Numbered from the stretch's first letter, positions 24,901 to 37,579 are shown. The stretch: DNA of 64,000 nt from Vermamoeba vermiformis (GCA_045837725.1 JBEWZL010000221.1:124001-188000), one strand, 5' to 3'. Made by a program: numbers and translations. Notes: generated by a model not told the origin, from the sequence alone.

Positions 24901-26071
24901 CGCTGAAATTCCACTGACAATTGGTGTGGCCATTGAACAGCCGGTCCATTCTTCATAGCCTCCTGACTTAACTGTACTCATGATATTTGTTCCTATTAAT
25001 AATCGTTTAGTTTTTTTTGTTAAAAATTGGTCGTTATTAGAGATTCACGGACATCTTTCGAAAAAGGCAAAGAAGACTTTCATACCTGGAGCAGCGATAT
25101 CAACGAAATCACCAGTGTTCGACATGCCGTTTCTTTGATCACTGCCATCAATATTTGTAACTGCATATGCGTTTGCATACGCGGCAGGGTACCACGGTTG
25201 ATTTGCATTTGAAATGTAGCTGTTTCCAGCACATGCGTTCAGTAGGACTCCTACATAAAGTTAATAAAACTCGGATACACTTACAATCGATATGTATGAA
25301 CCGGACGTACCTCTGTTGTACAAGGCGTTGACCGCATCTTCGAGTGGTTGCCACTGAGTAAAGCCCTATCATAAAATTAACTAATAGGCAAATATAACAG
25401 GCATAATGGCGACCAGGTCCGAAAACGGCAATTTTGACTTGTGTATGATAGTTAGTCTACATACGCCCACACTCATGCTAATGATATCTGCGCCCAAATT
25501 CGCTGCGTCTAACATGCAAGCCACGAGTTCTCCATAAGTACCTCCTTTCGTCGAGTTAAGGACCTTGCCGATAATTAAGTTGACTCCATATGCAACTCCA
25601 GCAATGCCTATTCGTCAAGACTTAGTACTACTCGCGGTAACAATCATATGAAGGTTACATACCAATTGTATTGTTGGTCGTTCCTGCAATAATGCCGGCC
25701 ACGTGTGTACCTAAGCACATCCGTTAGTTGAATCTTTTCTGCCCGCTTTATCATTAAATATAGCATTAATAGAACTTACCATGGCCTCCATCATCATCTG
25801 CTATATCATCGTCTGTCATATAATCGTACTGCCAGACAATTCTTGACGCATCCAGATCGGAATGCGATGCGATTCCAGAGTCGCAAATAGCAACGGTCTG
25901 ATTATAATCACGTTTAAATTGATGGTTCATCATATTATTAAGGAGCAATAATAACGTACGATGTTCTTGACAAGAGTTTGTGAATACGAGATCAGATCCC
26001 AAACATCACTCATTTGAAGCTTCTCCATATGCCACATTGAGCTCCATTTCTCATCATTTGGCACCGCTCCG
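21218..26071. repeat. Near-identical direct blocks shared by the two subtilisin paralogs (21218-21470 vs 25820-26071; also ~19950-20212 vs ~24703-24975)
   Basis: Alignment by eye. The ~62-nt intron in the first block differs at only 2 positions between copies. Confidence 0.85.
22673..24021 (+). CDS. Hypothetical spliced protein with an F-box-like N-terminus; internal exon structure uncertain
   Basis: MKRKASS...IDQPEIFGRIISYL (weakly F-box-like), then several GT-AG-bounded coding-like segments ending ...QTLADSKL*. One candidate acceptor gives an in-frame TAA at 22953, which an alternative AAG acceptor avoids. Confidence 0.45.
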
Positions 26072-26493
26072 CTAAATACTATTAAAAAGTACATCGTCAA
26101 TTATATCAATTGTACTGCTAAATTTAGATGCGTATAATGCGGGCTTACTTTCAGGTATTTCATCGACAAAGGAAAATCTAGCATCTTCTCGCAGTTTTTC
26201 AATCGATAGGCTATCATCAACCTGCGTTACAATTTTAATTAGAATTTTCGGATGCGAACGGAGAATGATAATGATTGCAAACCGCTTTCTAATGGTCATA
26301 ATACCTCTATTATGAATCCTCCTATATCTTGGAACTCTCTTCTAAGTTTGCCGATCTCTTGCACAAGATCTACCGCGCGTTTGTTTGAACTCGCTGGATT
26401 TGGTTTAACGTAAACTCTCTTGCATTCGCCTAAGAATGCAATAGATATGACGCACAATACGAAAACGATATGCTGCGTTCGTTGGCAGACCAT
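24124..26493 (-). CDS. Secreted, predicted GPI-anchored subtilisin (peptidase S8), copy B
   Basis: Same exon structure and triad motifs as copy A. C-terminus ...NVSSGSKKTAFLAFAIFFITFVL*. Confidence 0.9.
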
Positions 26494-26868
26494 CGTGTTG
26501 ACTCGCTGAAAATTTTTGTTTAAAAAAATAGTTGTCGGCAACCCGACAAATGTGGCAAACCTGGTAGATCACGTGGTCGAAACAACCGAAAAATTTGGCG
26601 AGTAAGTACTTGCGTGTAAATAACAGGTCGTCAAAACGTTGCCACAAGGGGTATGTAGATGTGCGGTCAACGGTATGACCAATGATCGTGCATGAATGAC
26701 TTCTAACCCTTGCCTGCCTTTGTGCGTTTTGCCCTGACAAAGAGGTACGAGAATCCGGTCAATTATTGTATTTTTTGCCTAATATGGCAGTCGCTACTTT
26801 TATTGCTTAACCAAATACTTTTCGCGTCCATAACACACGAAAGGAGACCGACATGTCCGAATAAAATT

Positions 26869-29199
26869 TCAGTTAAGAATAAGGAATGACACGAGAACGA
26901 CGACCAAGATGGACAATAAGTGGTATCCAAATCTAGTTGTTGCCGTGCTTACTCCAGGAGGTGAGGGAGATCTGCTTGGTGCTGATGAGGTACGTGGTGT
27001 AGTAGCGGTGTAGGGAGGAGAAGAGACTGGTGCAGGCACTGACACGATTTCTATATTACTTTGTTATGATTTATTTATTGCTAAGTATGAAGCAAACTTA
27101 CTCGCTGGAGTGACGGACCAAACTGGATGTGGATTAAAATTTTGTTTCAATTCCGGCCAGTTCGTAGCATTAACCATTCGGAAATATGCATCAGCAGTGC
27201 CAGGTACTCCTAATTGCACGGCAAACGAGATGGCAGGTTGTATATTGCCCCACATACTTTTCGGCCAAGATCCGATATCAAACTCGGCACTAAGGACTCC
27301 TTCTTGCGTACTTAGCCATGTCGGTGGCTTAGCGAATGTAGCAGCATAAATAGCGGACCAATCAGCCAGCCAGGGTCCAGCGCCGGTCAGATAGTCAGGA
27401 AAATTGACGGTAGAGACTGTAATGGTGTACGGAGCTCCATTGATGTACCAATAGCTATTAGACGGTCCTAATCTGCCTATAGCAGCCTTGCATTTCCATT
27501 GGAAGAATTCCATTGCTTTCGTGTTGTCCGCATCCGACACGGGCAGATCGAGCGAGATCGCATGACCCCATGCAGCGGTTACAAAGTCTTGTTGCCATAT
27601 AGCTACAACACTAGTAGCGTCACCATTGCCATTGTCATATCCTTCGCCAGGCTGAATCAGTCCAAAGTCGTTGTTGGCTTGTTGGATGTACTTTTCATGA
27701 TGGAACCGAATGTTGCTTTCCCAGCTCGCCTTGAAGTTGTTGCGATAGTCATCTGAATCGGGAGTGACAGATAGTGCATGGGCAAGGGCTCTAATCATCC
27801 AAGCTGAAGAACGCGTCTGAACGGCACCGAGAACTGGATGCAGCAAACCGGTACTGAAATTTCGCACAATTGCACCATCTGCAAGGCCCAAAAAGTTCGT
27901 AGTTGCTGCAAATTGCACTTGTTCCATGAATAACCATCGACCAGTCACTAAATAAGCCATGTAGCCTACTGACGGAGAATGTGCTGTGTCCCATCTCGGC
28001 GCAAGAGTTCCGTTGCAGCGCGGAGTGAAATCGTACTTGCTAGAACCACCATTATTATAGTACCTGCACGTGTCATCAATGACCAAATTAGGATAATCGC
28101 TAAATCGTAGAGGCTTCAAGGTGTGTTCATCGCGCCAGTGCAACGGATATCGACCCGCACTATAGCCATTAAACACGACGCCCTTGTACGCTATAGTCGC
28201 ATTCACAGAGGTCAAGTACACCACGTCATGTTCGGGAAGCAAACCAATAGGCCGTTGATAGCCAGGTGAAGGCATCTGATCGTTGTCAAAATCGAAGTTG
28301 CCTTGTTGTAAGGGCGCATAAGACCGAACTATTCGACCGAGTGCGTATTGACCTGCATCAGCGTTGGCAAAATACGAAGGAACGAGTAGTGAGGCTTGCA
28401 TGTAGATCGTGTCGTGGTGAACAGTAACTGCTGGATCTGTCGCGTCAAACCAATAAGAAAGAGCGGTCCCTAATAACAGAGGAGTGCGTGTATGAGTTGG
28501 CAAGTCAATTAAGTTGTTGAAAAGAGTGTTGCCGCCCAAATCAAACCTAAAATTAGCAGTTTTGTTGGTCGGATTTGGAACGCGGATGTAGCCATTTTCA
28601 ATCCAAGGAAGAACTTCGACCGCGCCTCCTTTATAAAGTCGTACATCTAGCCAGGCAACGAGATGAGGATCATTTCCAACTGGTTTGCGGTAGATCCAGT
28701 TCGACATCTGCCAGCCAGAGGTCCATTCCAAGTGAGGAGAGTCCCAATCAGCACTTTGCCATGAAACGCTCCCGTAGCTCTCGCAATCGATCGTAGTTGT
28801 AATACCGGTGGCCTTCAAGTCGCTCAGCGTGAGCGGAGAAATATTTGAGACGGTGGATGGACCCAGTGTAACGACCAAAGGAGTGTCTGCTGTAAGATCT
28901 GCGTGGCCAGAAATTACAGCGTACTTAAGGGAGCCATCAGACCAGTAGTTCTTTGGTACTACTTGCATTTCAGCGAGGTTGGATGAAGCGACGCCTTGCC
29001 CGGATGTGATGTGGCCTTTGACGAATGCGAAGCCCAAAGTGAAAGGTGCGCTGCCAGTGATAGGACTAAGTAGCGTAAAAGACATTGAGCCCGTAGGAGC
29101 GGGCACAGAGACACTGGAGTACGTCGTGTTGAGGCATGAGACGGATGTGGTCAGCGAGCAAAAGAGGGCAGCGAACAAAATTAGTCCGAGCGTGCGCAT
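26869..29199 (-). CDS. Secreted ~760-aa protein: bacterial-like catalytic-type domain plus Ser/Thr/Pro stalk and GPI-type tail
   Basis: Signal peptide MRTLGLILFAALFCSLTTSVSC, then a 2.1-kb uninterrupted exon. A single 51-nt intron (27051-27101) leads in frame to KIVSVPAPVSSPPYTATTPRTSSAPSRSPSPPGVSTATTRFGYHLLSILVVVLVSFLILN*. Family assignment (PcRGLX/YetA-like N-terminus) is from recalled motif resemblance only. Confidence 0.8.
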
Positions 29200-29488
29200 C
29201 TTGTTGAGTAATCGACAAATAAAACAATTCAATCAATCGGTTGGTTTGCTTTAAAAGCTGATATAAAAATGGGGACGTGTTAGTCCTGATGTCGTCCCTT
29301 ACTTAATCGGGGAAAATACCGTATGTTTCAGTTTTAAAGAGCACCAAGCTACGATTTTAATTGACAGGAGGCCTTATTCGAGTTAATTTTCACGTTTGAA
29401 AATGGGATTCGTAAGTTGATTATTCTCCGTCATACTTCAGTTCTATCGTGGTTTAAGTAATTGCAACACTTTGTTTTATGAACCTTGT

Positions 29489-30871
29489 TTAAATTGTTCC
29501 TATTACACGTCTAATTGATTGGTCTTTGAAGATTGATCGTGCAATCGGACCAAAGTCAAGTGTCACTCCTGGATATTTGACATGTGACACGATCAACGTC
29601 CAAATATCACGTGGTAGTACTGGCATTGACTCGTTTGAATGAGCGCAATGACTTGATCGTGCAATATTGTACAACAGCACTATCATCGATCGAACTCGTT
29701 CGTTCTGAAGTTTTCTGTTACGAAGTGTTATCTCTTTGATCTGCCTTTTATCAGTGTTCCGATATAATTCACAGTCTACTATTGATTCGTTCTCTCGGAG
29801 TATTGACAGGTCATTGAGCGGAGACTTCAAAATGAGTTCAAACTTTCGCAAAGACTGTGCCATTTTTAATCCATTTTTAAAGTCGATATTATCCACTATC
29901 CTATCAGTATTCATATTTAACAATAAATCTTCCAATACCGGAGAATTGGCGAGTATTTTTCCGATCGAAGAGTACAAATCTGGCATGCAGCGGTAGTTGT
30001 CGTAAAGTTCCATGTGTAAAATCCTCACGCTACTATCCGCCAAAGCATTAAATGTATCATATCTGGGGTCCTTGTTACAGTAAAATCCAAATTTCAGCTT
30101 CGTTAATGCTTTTGATTTTTGGATCAGCCGAACTAGATGTGGCATTGCCGGCACGGTGACCAGTATATGCGCCAATTCCAGTGATATTAATTTGTCATTA
30201 TGCTCGACAAAATATTCGCAGAATTCTTTGAATCCTTCCGCTTCAAATGGAATTTCGTCGCCAAAAAGAGATATCGCAGCGAATGAGAACTGATTGAAAT
30301 TCGTTCCACTTGCAAGTGTTGCTGCGATTTCGGTGAATAAATCAGTCCAGCTATCAATGCAAGGAACATCCAATTTGAAATACTTCGTTGGGCAGCGAAG
30401 ACCGTTCAGTTTTGTATTGAGTGGTGCACGTGAACTGTCATCTTCGGTGACTTCCAAAGTCACAAGATCGATATTGCAGTGATTATTATTGTTATTGTAC
30501 TCCTTAATTGCATCAAACAGGAGTTGGATGTGCTCGCGGGTTGTATTCGCTTCTAAATCAAAATTGATCTCGTTGATTTGATAATTCATGTTCGGTTGCT
30601 TAATATCATCAATAAAGTATTTAACGTCTTCTGCAAGCTGGGTTAGAGCGATGATGACTCTTTTAACATTCGGGTAATTCAAAATTCTGGTCTCTTTGTT
30701 TGATATTGTTATCTGAATGCATAATAATTAATATACATAATAATACATCTATAGGTATTTTTTTGGGTCGATAATAAAATCATACCATTTAATAAAAAGA
30801 GAAAATTAAAAGATAATTCGAAATCTTTGACCAAGCTCAATTAAAATAATTACCTCATTGATCTGCGACAT
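29489..30871 (-). CDS. RNI-like LRR protein with C-terminal F-box-like motif, copy A
   Basis: Micro-exon MSQINE spliced to a long exon containing ORF 29489-30682. LxxLxL repeats (LISLEL, LTKLKF, LEDLLL, LRKFEL). C-terminal VLPRDIWTLIVSHV. Confidence 0.75.
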
Positions 30872-31409
30872 GACTATATTGATATAAACTAATTTTGAGG
30901 CAATCTTGTGGTGCTGAGCCAATGACCAAAAAAAAAAAATGAAATCCGGATGTTGATCCAAAATACACCGCTAAAAACCAGTGCGGACCTTGTCCACAAA
31001 TGTCAGTCACGTTAATAAACCTAGATCAGCCCCAAAAAAGATTGCTCTCCAAACTCACTCAATGCCAAATAACACCGATTCTTGTGCGACGTTTCATCTT
31101 GATCCACCAAAATGACATTTTAGTAAGTCTTCGCTGAAGACTGTAATGTTTAAATCTCGCTCATTTTATTGATATATTACACGTCTAATCGATTGGTCTT
31201 TGAAGATTGATCGTGCAATTGGACCAAAGTCAAGTGTCACTCCTGGATATTTGACATGTGACACGATCAGCGTCCAAATGTCACGTGGTAGTACTGGCAT
31301 TGATTCGTTTGATGAATTATTGCAATGATTGGATCGTGCAATATTGTACAACAGCACTATCATCGATCGAACTCGTTCGTTCTGCAGTTTTCTATTACGA
31401 AGTGTTATT
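29501..31409. repeat. ~230-bp near-identical direct repeat (29501-29731 vs 31175-31409) forming the 3' ends of the two LRR-like genes
   Basis: Long identical runs such as GGACCAAAGTCAAGTGTCACTCCTGGATATTTGACATGTGACACGATCA occur in both copies. Confidence 0.9.
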
Positions 31410-32579
31410 TCGTTAATTTTGTCGGTCGGATTTGTCTTATGATTATGGGCATTAATTGGGCATTTGAATTGTATTAATGATTCATTTTCTTCTAACAAAT
31501 ATGAGACTTGCTCTTCGCTCAAGGGAAATTCGGGAAGTGAAAGCGATTTTAACGAGTGTGCTGTTTTTAACGCTTCTTTAAATAGCTTCTTGTGATTAGG
31601 ATTTTCGATTAATTCTCTATCAAATGACGTTACGATCAATTCTTCTAATTTTTGAGAATTTTTTATGAGACCAATGCACATCTCGAGGCTTTCGACTGTT
31701 AAGTTCTTTATGTTGCTATTCCGTATAGCGTCATACATGCTACTATCTCTCTTGTATAGGAAAGATGGAAATTCATATTTGAGATCTGTTAATGCTCGCG
31801 AATTTTGAATGAGTTGACTGATCTGTTGATAATTCTTGAGGCAAATATCGAAGTTGAAGAACTCTAATGATAACAATTGCTCGCTATTTTCACTAAAGTA
31901 TTCGTAGAATTGGGTAAATCCCTTGTCGAGCGTTAACGGGCAATCGTACATGAAATTTGCATCACGGAAGGAGATCTGATTGAAATTTGTTCCGCTCCGA
32001 AGAACCGACACTAGGTCTTGAAACATACTGTCAATATCATCATCGATCGAGGCACTAAATTTGAAATATTCTGTTGGTCTTTGAAGATTTTTGAGTTTTT
32101 CAAGAGATCCGATATTTTCTTCTTCATCCTCAGCAATATTAAGGCGTTCTATCATAATAGTCAAATTACGAATCTTGTGGCTACCGGTATTATTGTACTG
32201 TTCAATCGTTGAAAAGAGTAATTGAAAGTGCTCGTGTTTTGTGCGCGAATCCGCACAAAATATCACTTCGTCTATGACTAATGGCGGCTTAAGTACTTTT
32301 GGAACTTCAGCTATATCATTTGCATTATCTTTTAACTTTATATGGAACTGTTTGACCTCTTTGTTCGGAGATGTAATGGCGCGAACATTGAATATCTGCG
32401 GAAATAAATCAGAAAATTACAAATGACGAGGATAAAATTATTTTATCAGATTTTCACGCTAAAAACCAATTTTTCAACGTTATTGTATTTATGCAACGCA
32501 AGATGCGTTTTGGGCGAGAGCAAAACGTGTATTATGCTCATTATTTAGTCACCAACAGAAAATTACTCACGTTATTCAT
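31166..32579 (-). CDS. RNI-like LRR protein with C-terminal F-box-like motif, copy B
   Basis: Micro-exon MNN spliced to a long exon containing ORF 31166-32266. Colinear similarity to copy A (SGTNFNQ, LLSLEF, LKSLSL) and a near-identical C-terminus. Confidence 0.75.
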
Positions 32580-32715
32580 TTTTAGTCCTAGATTGCTATT
32601 GTTTGAGAACGGCAGACGTGGTAAACACTCACAGCATTCAATTAAATTAGATCAATTTTTGTTTTTGACCGTATTCATTTTTCTCCTCGGAGGACGCAAC
32701 GTTAAACTTGTTCAT

Positions 32716-35289
32716 TTATTTATTTTTTAGCAATTCAACGCACTTTTCCGCGTCTTCTCCTCGCCGCATTGCCTCATCCAAAGCAGTTTCATCATCAACG
32801 TTCTAGCAGAAAGAAAATCTTAGTTAAGGGCACCACGAACATGGGTATATTATTTACGTACCACTAGTGATGGATCGGCACCATTTTCAAGCAAAAACTT
32901 AACCACCTAATCGAGATCCAGATCAGTACACCATTCTACGCGATCAAGTGGTCCGATTTGCTCACTATGTATGTATATACGGTATTTACGTCCCATATAT
33001 ACTATTTAATAGCTTACCTCATCTCTACCGAACTTAGCAGCCAAGTGTAACGGTGAATCTTTTCCGGGATTGGACTGAGTATTAACGAGCGACTTGTCCT
33101 TATTTAATATAACCCGTATACTATCAATAGCGCCACCCATAGCTGCAACGTGAATAAGCTCGCCACCATCGATGTAAACGTCGACAAGTTTGTTTGTCAG
33201 ATCCGGCTTTACACCATTGTCCAGCAAAAGCTGTAAGCCTAATAACAAGTATTATAAGTAGCTGAGCGTTATATTATCCTAATTATAACTGTTAACTACC
33301 TTCAGCAAAGTTTTGAGCGGCCATTTTGTGCGCGATCGTGTTTCCGTCGCTGTCTGTGAGCTCTTCAATTAAGTTAGCATCAAAATGAAGTTTCTTATCT
33401 TTTGCGAGGTAAGTGAAGCAATGCATCGCATGAGACTTGAGCGCAGTTAAAATTAACGTTTCTTGACGGTCATTCTTGATAGATGCAAGATCCAGATCCT
33501 CCCAACCTAACATTAGTTCCATATCAGTATTGATTAGTAAGGTATGATTATGAATTTTAAATTAAAAATGAATCGGAATTCGGCTGTTTAAGGAATAGCC
33601 CGACGGAATATTACGTATTCCTAATTTGGTAATTCAGTTTTTTACGGATCTCGGAGCTTACCGGAAAGAACAAATTTCAATGGTCCGATGAGATCTTCTT
33701 CTACAAATAAATGGAGGACGCCGCGACCTCCGAATTTCAAATCAAGCACGCCGTGGAAATTGATCGGCACAACGAGTGCTTCTTTGTGAGTCGTTATATT
33801 CGACAACAACGTATCAAAATTGAAAACATTGCCCACCTATAAATAATACAATATTAGTACTAGTTTAATAGAGAATAGGATGCTTAACGCCCTACTTTCA
33901 ACTGAGTTTCAAGCGGAGTTTCTCCGTTGTTATTTTGCACTACGACGGATCCACCGAAGCTCATTAACAACTCTAAATACTCCGAAGAGCATGCTGTTAA
34001 ATGCATAGGTGTATTTCCTGCATTGTTCTTCTTGTTCGGATCTGCTCCATGTTCAAGCAACAATTTAACATGATCTGTTTTAATATTGACGCCAGCAGTA
34101 AGTTTACGATCACCTACATAAAATTGTTAGTATTATAGTGATAAGGGTCAGTATTATATGATAGATTGAATTGAAGTTCTCACCTGCTAAATGTAGGACA
34201 GTATTTCCATCCAGATCCGCAACGTTTACGTCGATTAATTTTCGTTCAATAATATCGGTGACAATATCCGTGTTGCTCCATATAGCTGCTTCGTGTAGAG
34301 GAGTGTATCCCTTGTTATTAGGAGTCGAAATCAACTGCTGGAGCTTCCCGTGATCTACCAAAAAATTAAATCACATGATTACAATTATTGCCGGAAGTTC
34401 GCGTTAGAAATTTAATTTAATATGAAAGCAATATTACGCTTTAATATGATTTTTGTTAAATTTGGAAATGTTTTCGATTGTGTACGAGATCGTTTTCGGG
34501 TTTACCTTTCTCGCTTTGCATAAGCAGATCTACCAATAATTTGAAGCATTTGACGTTGCCTTGTCTAGCAGCTTTTAATAGAGGAGTATCGCCTTGCTTA
34601 TTTTTTTCAATTAAGCTCGCGCCTTTGCTCGCCAAAACTTCGATAATTGCTGTCGGATCTGCACCTGGTCTTGATAAAAGCTAAATTGGTATATTAATGC
34701 CAATCGTACGAGCACATTAATATGATATTATTCTGCTTACAGCGTGTATTATAGTATTCCCTTGGTCATTTTTTTTGTTGATATCGGCACCAGCATCGAT
34801 AAATAATTGGCACATTGGTAAGTTATTATTTAGAGCAGCGAAAAATAAGCAACTATTGCCCTTTTCATCGGTCACATCGACTTTAGCCTAATTAAAATTC
34901 AATAAATTAGAAAAAAATCTGAAAAATTACCGTATCTATATTTCTTGGGATTACTTACTCCTGCCTTCGTGATTAAATATTTACATGTATCAAGTGATCT
35001 ATTTACAGCATTTGTCGCAGCCAAAAGTGAGTTAGTAAGTCCGGATCTTCCGCGTTTTTGAATAGTATTCGGGTTAGCTCCTAGAGATCGATTAATATTT
35101 GTAAGTTTTATTAAAATAATACGCACCCTTGCTAATTAACACGTCCAATATTTCTTCGGACACGCCCAATCCGGATGCTTGAAACAAAATCTCATCCAAT
35201 GAGGTTTGCAAGTTTTCAGCTGGAATTTTTGCTATTAGGTCCACTAACGCGGACTTATCGCCCTTCTGTAGTACACCTAACGAGTCCAT
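32716..35289 (-). CDS. Multi-exon ankyrin-repeat protein
   Basis: Many ankyrin motifs across exons: GNSALFFAA, GDTPLLKAA, GYTPLHEAA, GNTVLHLA, GNTPMHLTA, DSPLHLAAKFG, DETALDEA. Confidence 0.9.
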
Positions 35290-35402
35290 CGTAAAAATGA
35301 CACAAACATCGCTGCGAAAGATTTTTTGGCTTAAAATTTTTGCGCGCCATTTTGCAATCTCATTTTTGAATTTCAAACGTCGATTTGGCGAGAGAATACA
35401 GC

Positions 35403-37579
35403 ATGGAAGTTACTATTAGTCGATTTAAATTAGCAGGAACGCTATTTTATTTCAATTGTCGCTGGTTCGACACGTATTTTGAGGTCGATCTTTCAGATGG
35501 CAAATACGTCTGGCAAGGCAACGGTAAGATCTGGCTGTATTTTGGATTAAATAATTTTTAAATATTTTTAATAGCGACGAGAGAATATATTGAAGAAGAA
35601 CTCAAGCCTAAAGGCATGGATTTTTCAGAATATATTAATTTAGTCAAAGAAGCGTTTGCCGTTCAAGATCTGACCAAGAAAAAATTCTCATATGGTATTC
35701 AAAAAGGCGACACAAGTAATCAACTTAAGGTAAGAATAAATACGCAGATCTAGCGTTCTGAACGAAATGTTTTTTTCCTAGCTGATCTGGAGTATTCATC
35801 TGGGCGAAGACGATGAAGAAGTTAAATTTGCGGTAATATCTTAAACATAATAATAACTCTGTTAAATATTGCTCGTTCTTACGCCGTACAACAGATGCAA
35901 GGTCTGCTTATTGTTGAACGTATCGCTGAATCTCGACAAGTTATTCAAAAATATTTTGATTGGCTTATTGACAATAAGGTCAAGTTAGAGGTACGCTAAT
36001 AGAATAGGAAATAATGGATCTCTGAATCGAGATCTAACTTTTGATCCAAGGAGGAGAACAGAGAATTGAAGAGAGTTAACAAATCGGTTTCTAATCAACG
36101 AGATCTGGCTATTAAACAATTTGATCAATTGATTATCGAAAAACAATGTCTTGAAACTGAACTCTACGGCAAGGTAAGAGATCTTGCTCTATTTAAATAC
36201 CGCCGCTAACTTCTATGATAACAGTTCGTAGAATTGCTTAACGAGAAAAAAAAGAAGATCAGAGAACTGAAAGATGAACGTAAGTTTGAAAACAGATCCG
36301 TTACAAACTCCTCTTAATTCTTTGTCGTTCAGTGAAAGCGAGACCTTTTCAACGCCAACACTCGCAATCCATTGAATTGCAAGGCAGTGACGATGAGAGC
36401 GAGAGTGAAGATGGATTGAACAGTACAATGGTACGTACAATCGATTTCAATGCTTCGCGTACTGACTTCGATCCGGATCCAGCTTCAAACAGGAGACTCC
36501 CAAAGCGCATTAGAACAACGACAACTGGGCTCACATTCGACAGCAACATTTAATATGAGTATTAACCACATGGCAACTCCATCAATGGATCTGCTCGCGA
36601 CTGAAGAATCGGCTGTATTAGAACCTGTAATTAGACGAAGGTACGAATTAATTAATTCTAGTCACGTGACATTACCTAATTTGGAATAATATTATGAAGG
36701 TACCGCCCGAACTTCCCAAAACAGAGCACTAACGTCACGGCGATGAAACAAACGACTGAGTTTGGATCTCCTATTCAATCGCCGATTAAAATGTTATCGC
36801 CACCTTCTACTACGAAAAAACGAAAACGATCTGAAATGGAATCTCCGACTAATAATGCGACATCCAAGAAGAGTTCTAAAAATAATCCGGATGCGAAACC
36901 AAGTGGCAAGACAACGTCATCTTCAAAGACTTCTACGAGCAAGACAACAGTTGAAAATACGAGCAAAAATTCCAAGAACAATAAGAACAATAATGATTCG
37001 CCGCCAGCCATTACAAAGGCTAAAAATAGCAGCAAAAACGTCTCACCGAATAACCATAAGAAGACATCTCCACCGACAAAGAGCACCAAGAATAATACCA
37101 ATACGCCCAGTAAGACTAATAACAATCATAACAATGACGTTAATAGTCCGACGGCGAAGAAGATCGGTCAAAATTTCCTCAAGAAAAAAACAGCCGCATC
37201 AAACACCATTCAACGACCAGACCCCATTAGAATTGCAATTAACAACGAGAACATCGACACTAGCAATATTTCAATCAAATCTCCGTCGTTATCGCACAAC
37301 ACCAACACATCCAATAACTCGCACATGACCAGCGTGGATCTGACAAACAATCCAATTACGAGCCAATTAAGCAGCAGTTACAGCGATCTACCGCTGAAGT
37401 CTCCTGAAAAGAAGACGGCTCAAAAACTATTCAAACAGCCTGCACCGACTTCAAAATCATCGGTCAAAGACGAGCCAGCGAAAAAATCTAAAAATGGACC
37501 TGGCAGTAATTATAATCAACCGTTGAATTTAACTCTTGAAGATGACGCTAGCGAATTGATTAATATGATGAGCTATTAA
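35403..37579 (+). CDS. XRCC4: DNA double-strand break repair protein XRCC4-like, with a long low-complexity tail
   Basis: Spliced N-terminus MEVTISRFKLAGTLFYFNCRWFDTYFEVDLSDGKYVWQG.../YINLVKEAF.../LIWS.../...LETELYGK/FVELLNEKKKKIREL. This matches the XRCC4 head (DG..W.G) and the ligase-IV-binding coil (LY.KF..LLNEKK.KIR). Ser/Asn/Lys-rich tail in ORF 36743-37579. Confidence 0.85.

Noticed and set aside
27064-29232. Bacterial contamination or chimeric assembly as the source of the intronless ORF
   Set aside because: The gene has a canonical spliceosomal intron and a eukaryotic-style stalk/GPI exon, and is flanked by intron-containing genes. Read-level confirmation is still advisable.
36762-37328. 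Arg-rich alternative-frame ORF and antisense hydrophobic ORF
   Set aside because: By-products of the low-complexity Ser/Asn/Lys tail of XRCC4.
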